In this document: positions 62,924 through 64,000 of the stretch, piece after piece
Layout of the letters: every line of letters begins with the position of its first letter
Position numbering within the stretch: position 1 is the first letter of the stretch
Assembly (NCBI GenBank): GCA_050273025.1
Contig: CP158635.1
Location: 3,472,001 to 3,536,000, forward strand
DNA: 64,000 bases
DNA from: Cenococcum geophilum
Taxonomy: Eukaryota
Direction of reading: 5' to 3'
Translations under genes and position numbers: made by a program
Notes under the pieces: generated by a model
What the model was told of the DNA's origin: nothing
Seen by the model: the letters and a program-made list of their open reading frames with translations, nothing else
The model's database searches: none

Positions 62924-64000
62924 ATATACGCTACGCTACTACCTATAAGTTACTAGAAGACACGTCCCTTGGCCTATATATACGCCACTATATAATTATA
63001 ATAGGTTTCGCCATATAGCGGCTATATATAGTGTTTAAAACTATTTATAGTTATATTATACTCTTATAATTATTACTAGCATTAAATAGTCTTAGTGTCT
63101 TCCTTCTTACCTTAGCCTGCTTTTAAGCTTAAATTAGCCTTCTCCTTATATACCGACTTATGCAGTAACGACGTAAATTTAGTTAACTTTAATATTCTCT
63201 ACTCGATACTCGACTTCTAATTAGCTATAATAGTACTATAGTAAATAGGTTTAGTTTATCCTCGTTAATCTATCTAAGCGAATAGTTACTTTACCTCTAA
63301 GAGCTTATGGCTTAGCTTAACTATAATAGTGTAATTTACGCGCTATAGGTTAATGGACAGCCTAATTAATGCGAAGGTGTAAAGTAGGATCTACTTAGAG
63401 TTATTAGTGTTAAAGGTTTGCCTAGCCTTGGCCTTTTTAATATTAGATATGCCGGCTACATAGTAGAGCACCTTATCTTTACTATATTCTTTATATAGCC
63501 TATTAAACTAATAAGCTAGTATAAGAGGTAAGCGAGTGGTAATAATAATCTTACACGCTGAACTATCCGTTTATTTTTTGATATAAACGTAATTACAGAT
63601 TTTTTTAGCTTAAAAGAACTTTGCATTCTGTTAAAAATAGCGGTTAAGTATATTGGTGAACTCCTTACTAAGCGGGTTAGTAGTTTACTTAGCGATAATT
63701 AGGTCCTTAAGTGTGTAACTTTAAGTTTTTAGGCGTTTATTATCGGACTTATTGGATTTATTAGACTTAATTATAATAGGGGTATACTAGTCCTAGTATT
63801 GGACAACCTAGGCTATGCTTACTGCTATTTTCGCGTTAGTGTATAACTTGGCTTAGGTGAGTTTCGGTATCTTAGGTTTAGTATTTAGATCGCTACTATC
63901 TTCCTCCTATATAGCCAGAAGTTCCTTATATTAGTGCCTTTGCTCTATCCTTACTTGGTCCTTTATAGCTATAATTATAGCCGCCTTAGTATTATTAGGG
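62924..64000 (-). mobile_element. RIP-degraded DNA-transposase-like relic (family uncertain)
   Basis: TpA-rich sequence with a degenerate C-terminal zinc-knuckle-like segment (..RYGETY.N..) at ~63000-63030. Confidence 0.3.

Noticed and set aside
1..64000. Starship/giant transposon or biosynthetic gene cluster
   Set aside because: No tyrosine-recombinase captain (DUF3435-like), PKS, NRPS or terpene synthase sequence was recognised. Core genes (PEPCK, EMP65) suggest an ordinary chromosome arm invaded by TEs.

Overview
Genomic DNA of a transposon-rich filamentous ascomycete (Pezizomycotina; spliceosomal introns, strong RIP-type CpA>TpA signature). AT-rich, RIP-degraded transposon blocks (about 1-7.6 kb, 19-28 kb and 54-64 kb: Tad-like LINEs, Gypsy LTR elements, a pogo/Fot1 DDE transposon, a gag-only LTR element) alternate with GC-balanced gene islands. 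Apparently intact genes: RCC1-family protein, TOK-type two-pore K+ channel, homeobox+C2H2 transcription factor, Pth11-like membrane protein, PDR/ABCG transporter (AtrF-like), PEP carboxykinase and EMP65/TAPT1. There are five pseudogenes (SDR, beta-lactamase-like, WD40, glyoxalase-like, P450) and many MITEs and solo LTRs. The most notable observations are: (1) an antisense, intron-containing accessory gene inside the full-length chromoviral Gypsy element that becomes Zn(II)2Cys6-like plus coiled-coil when RIP changes are reversed; (2) a 432-nt PEPCK intron packed with hairpins and mutually exclusive long-range pairings, a candidate splicing-regulatory RNA; (3) a triple-nested, TA-joined MITE array upstream of the homeobox gene; (4) a gag-only LTR element with modular internal repeats. 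All calls come from manual reading of the sequence, with no database searches; boundaries of degraded elements are approximate.
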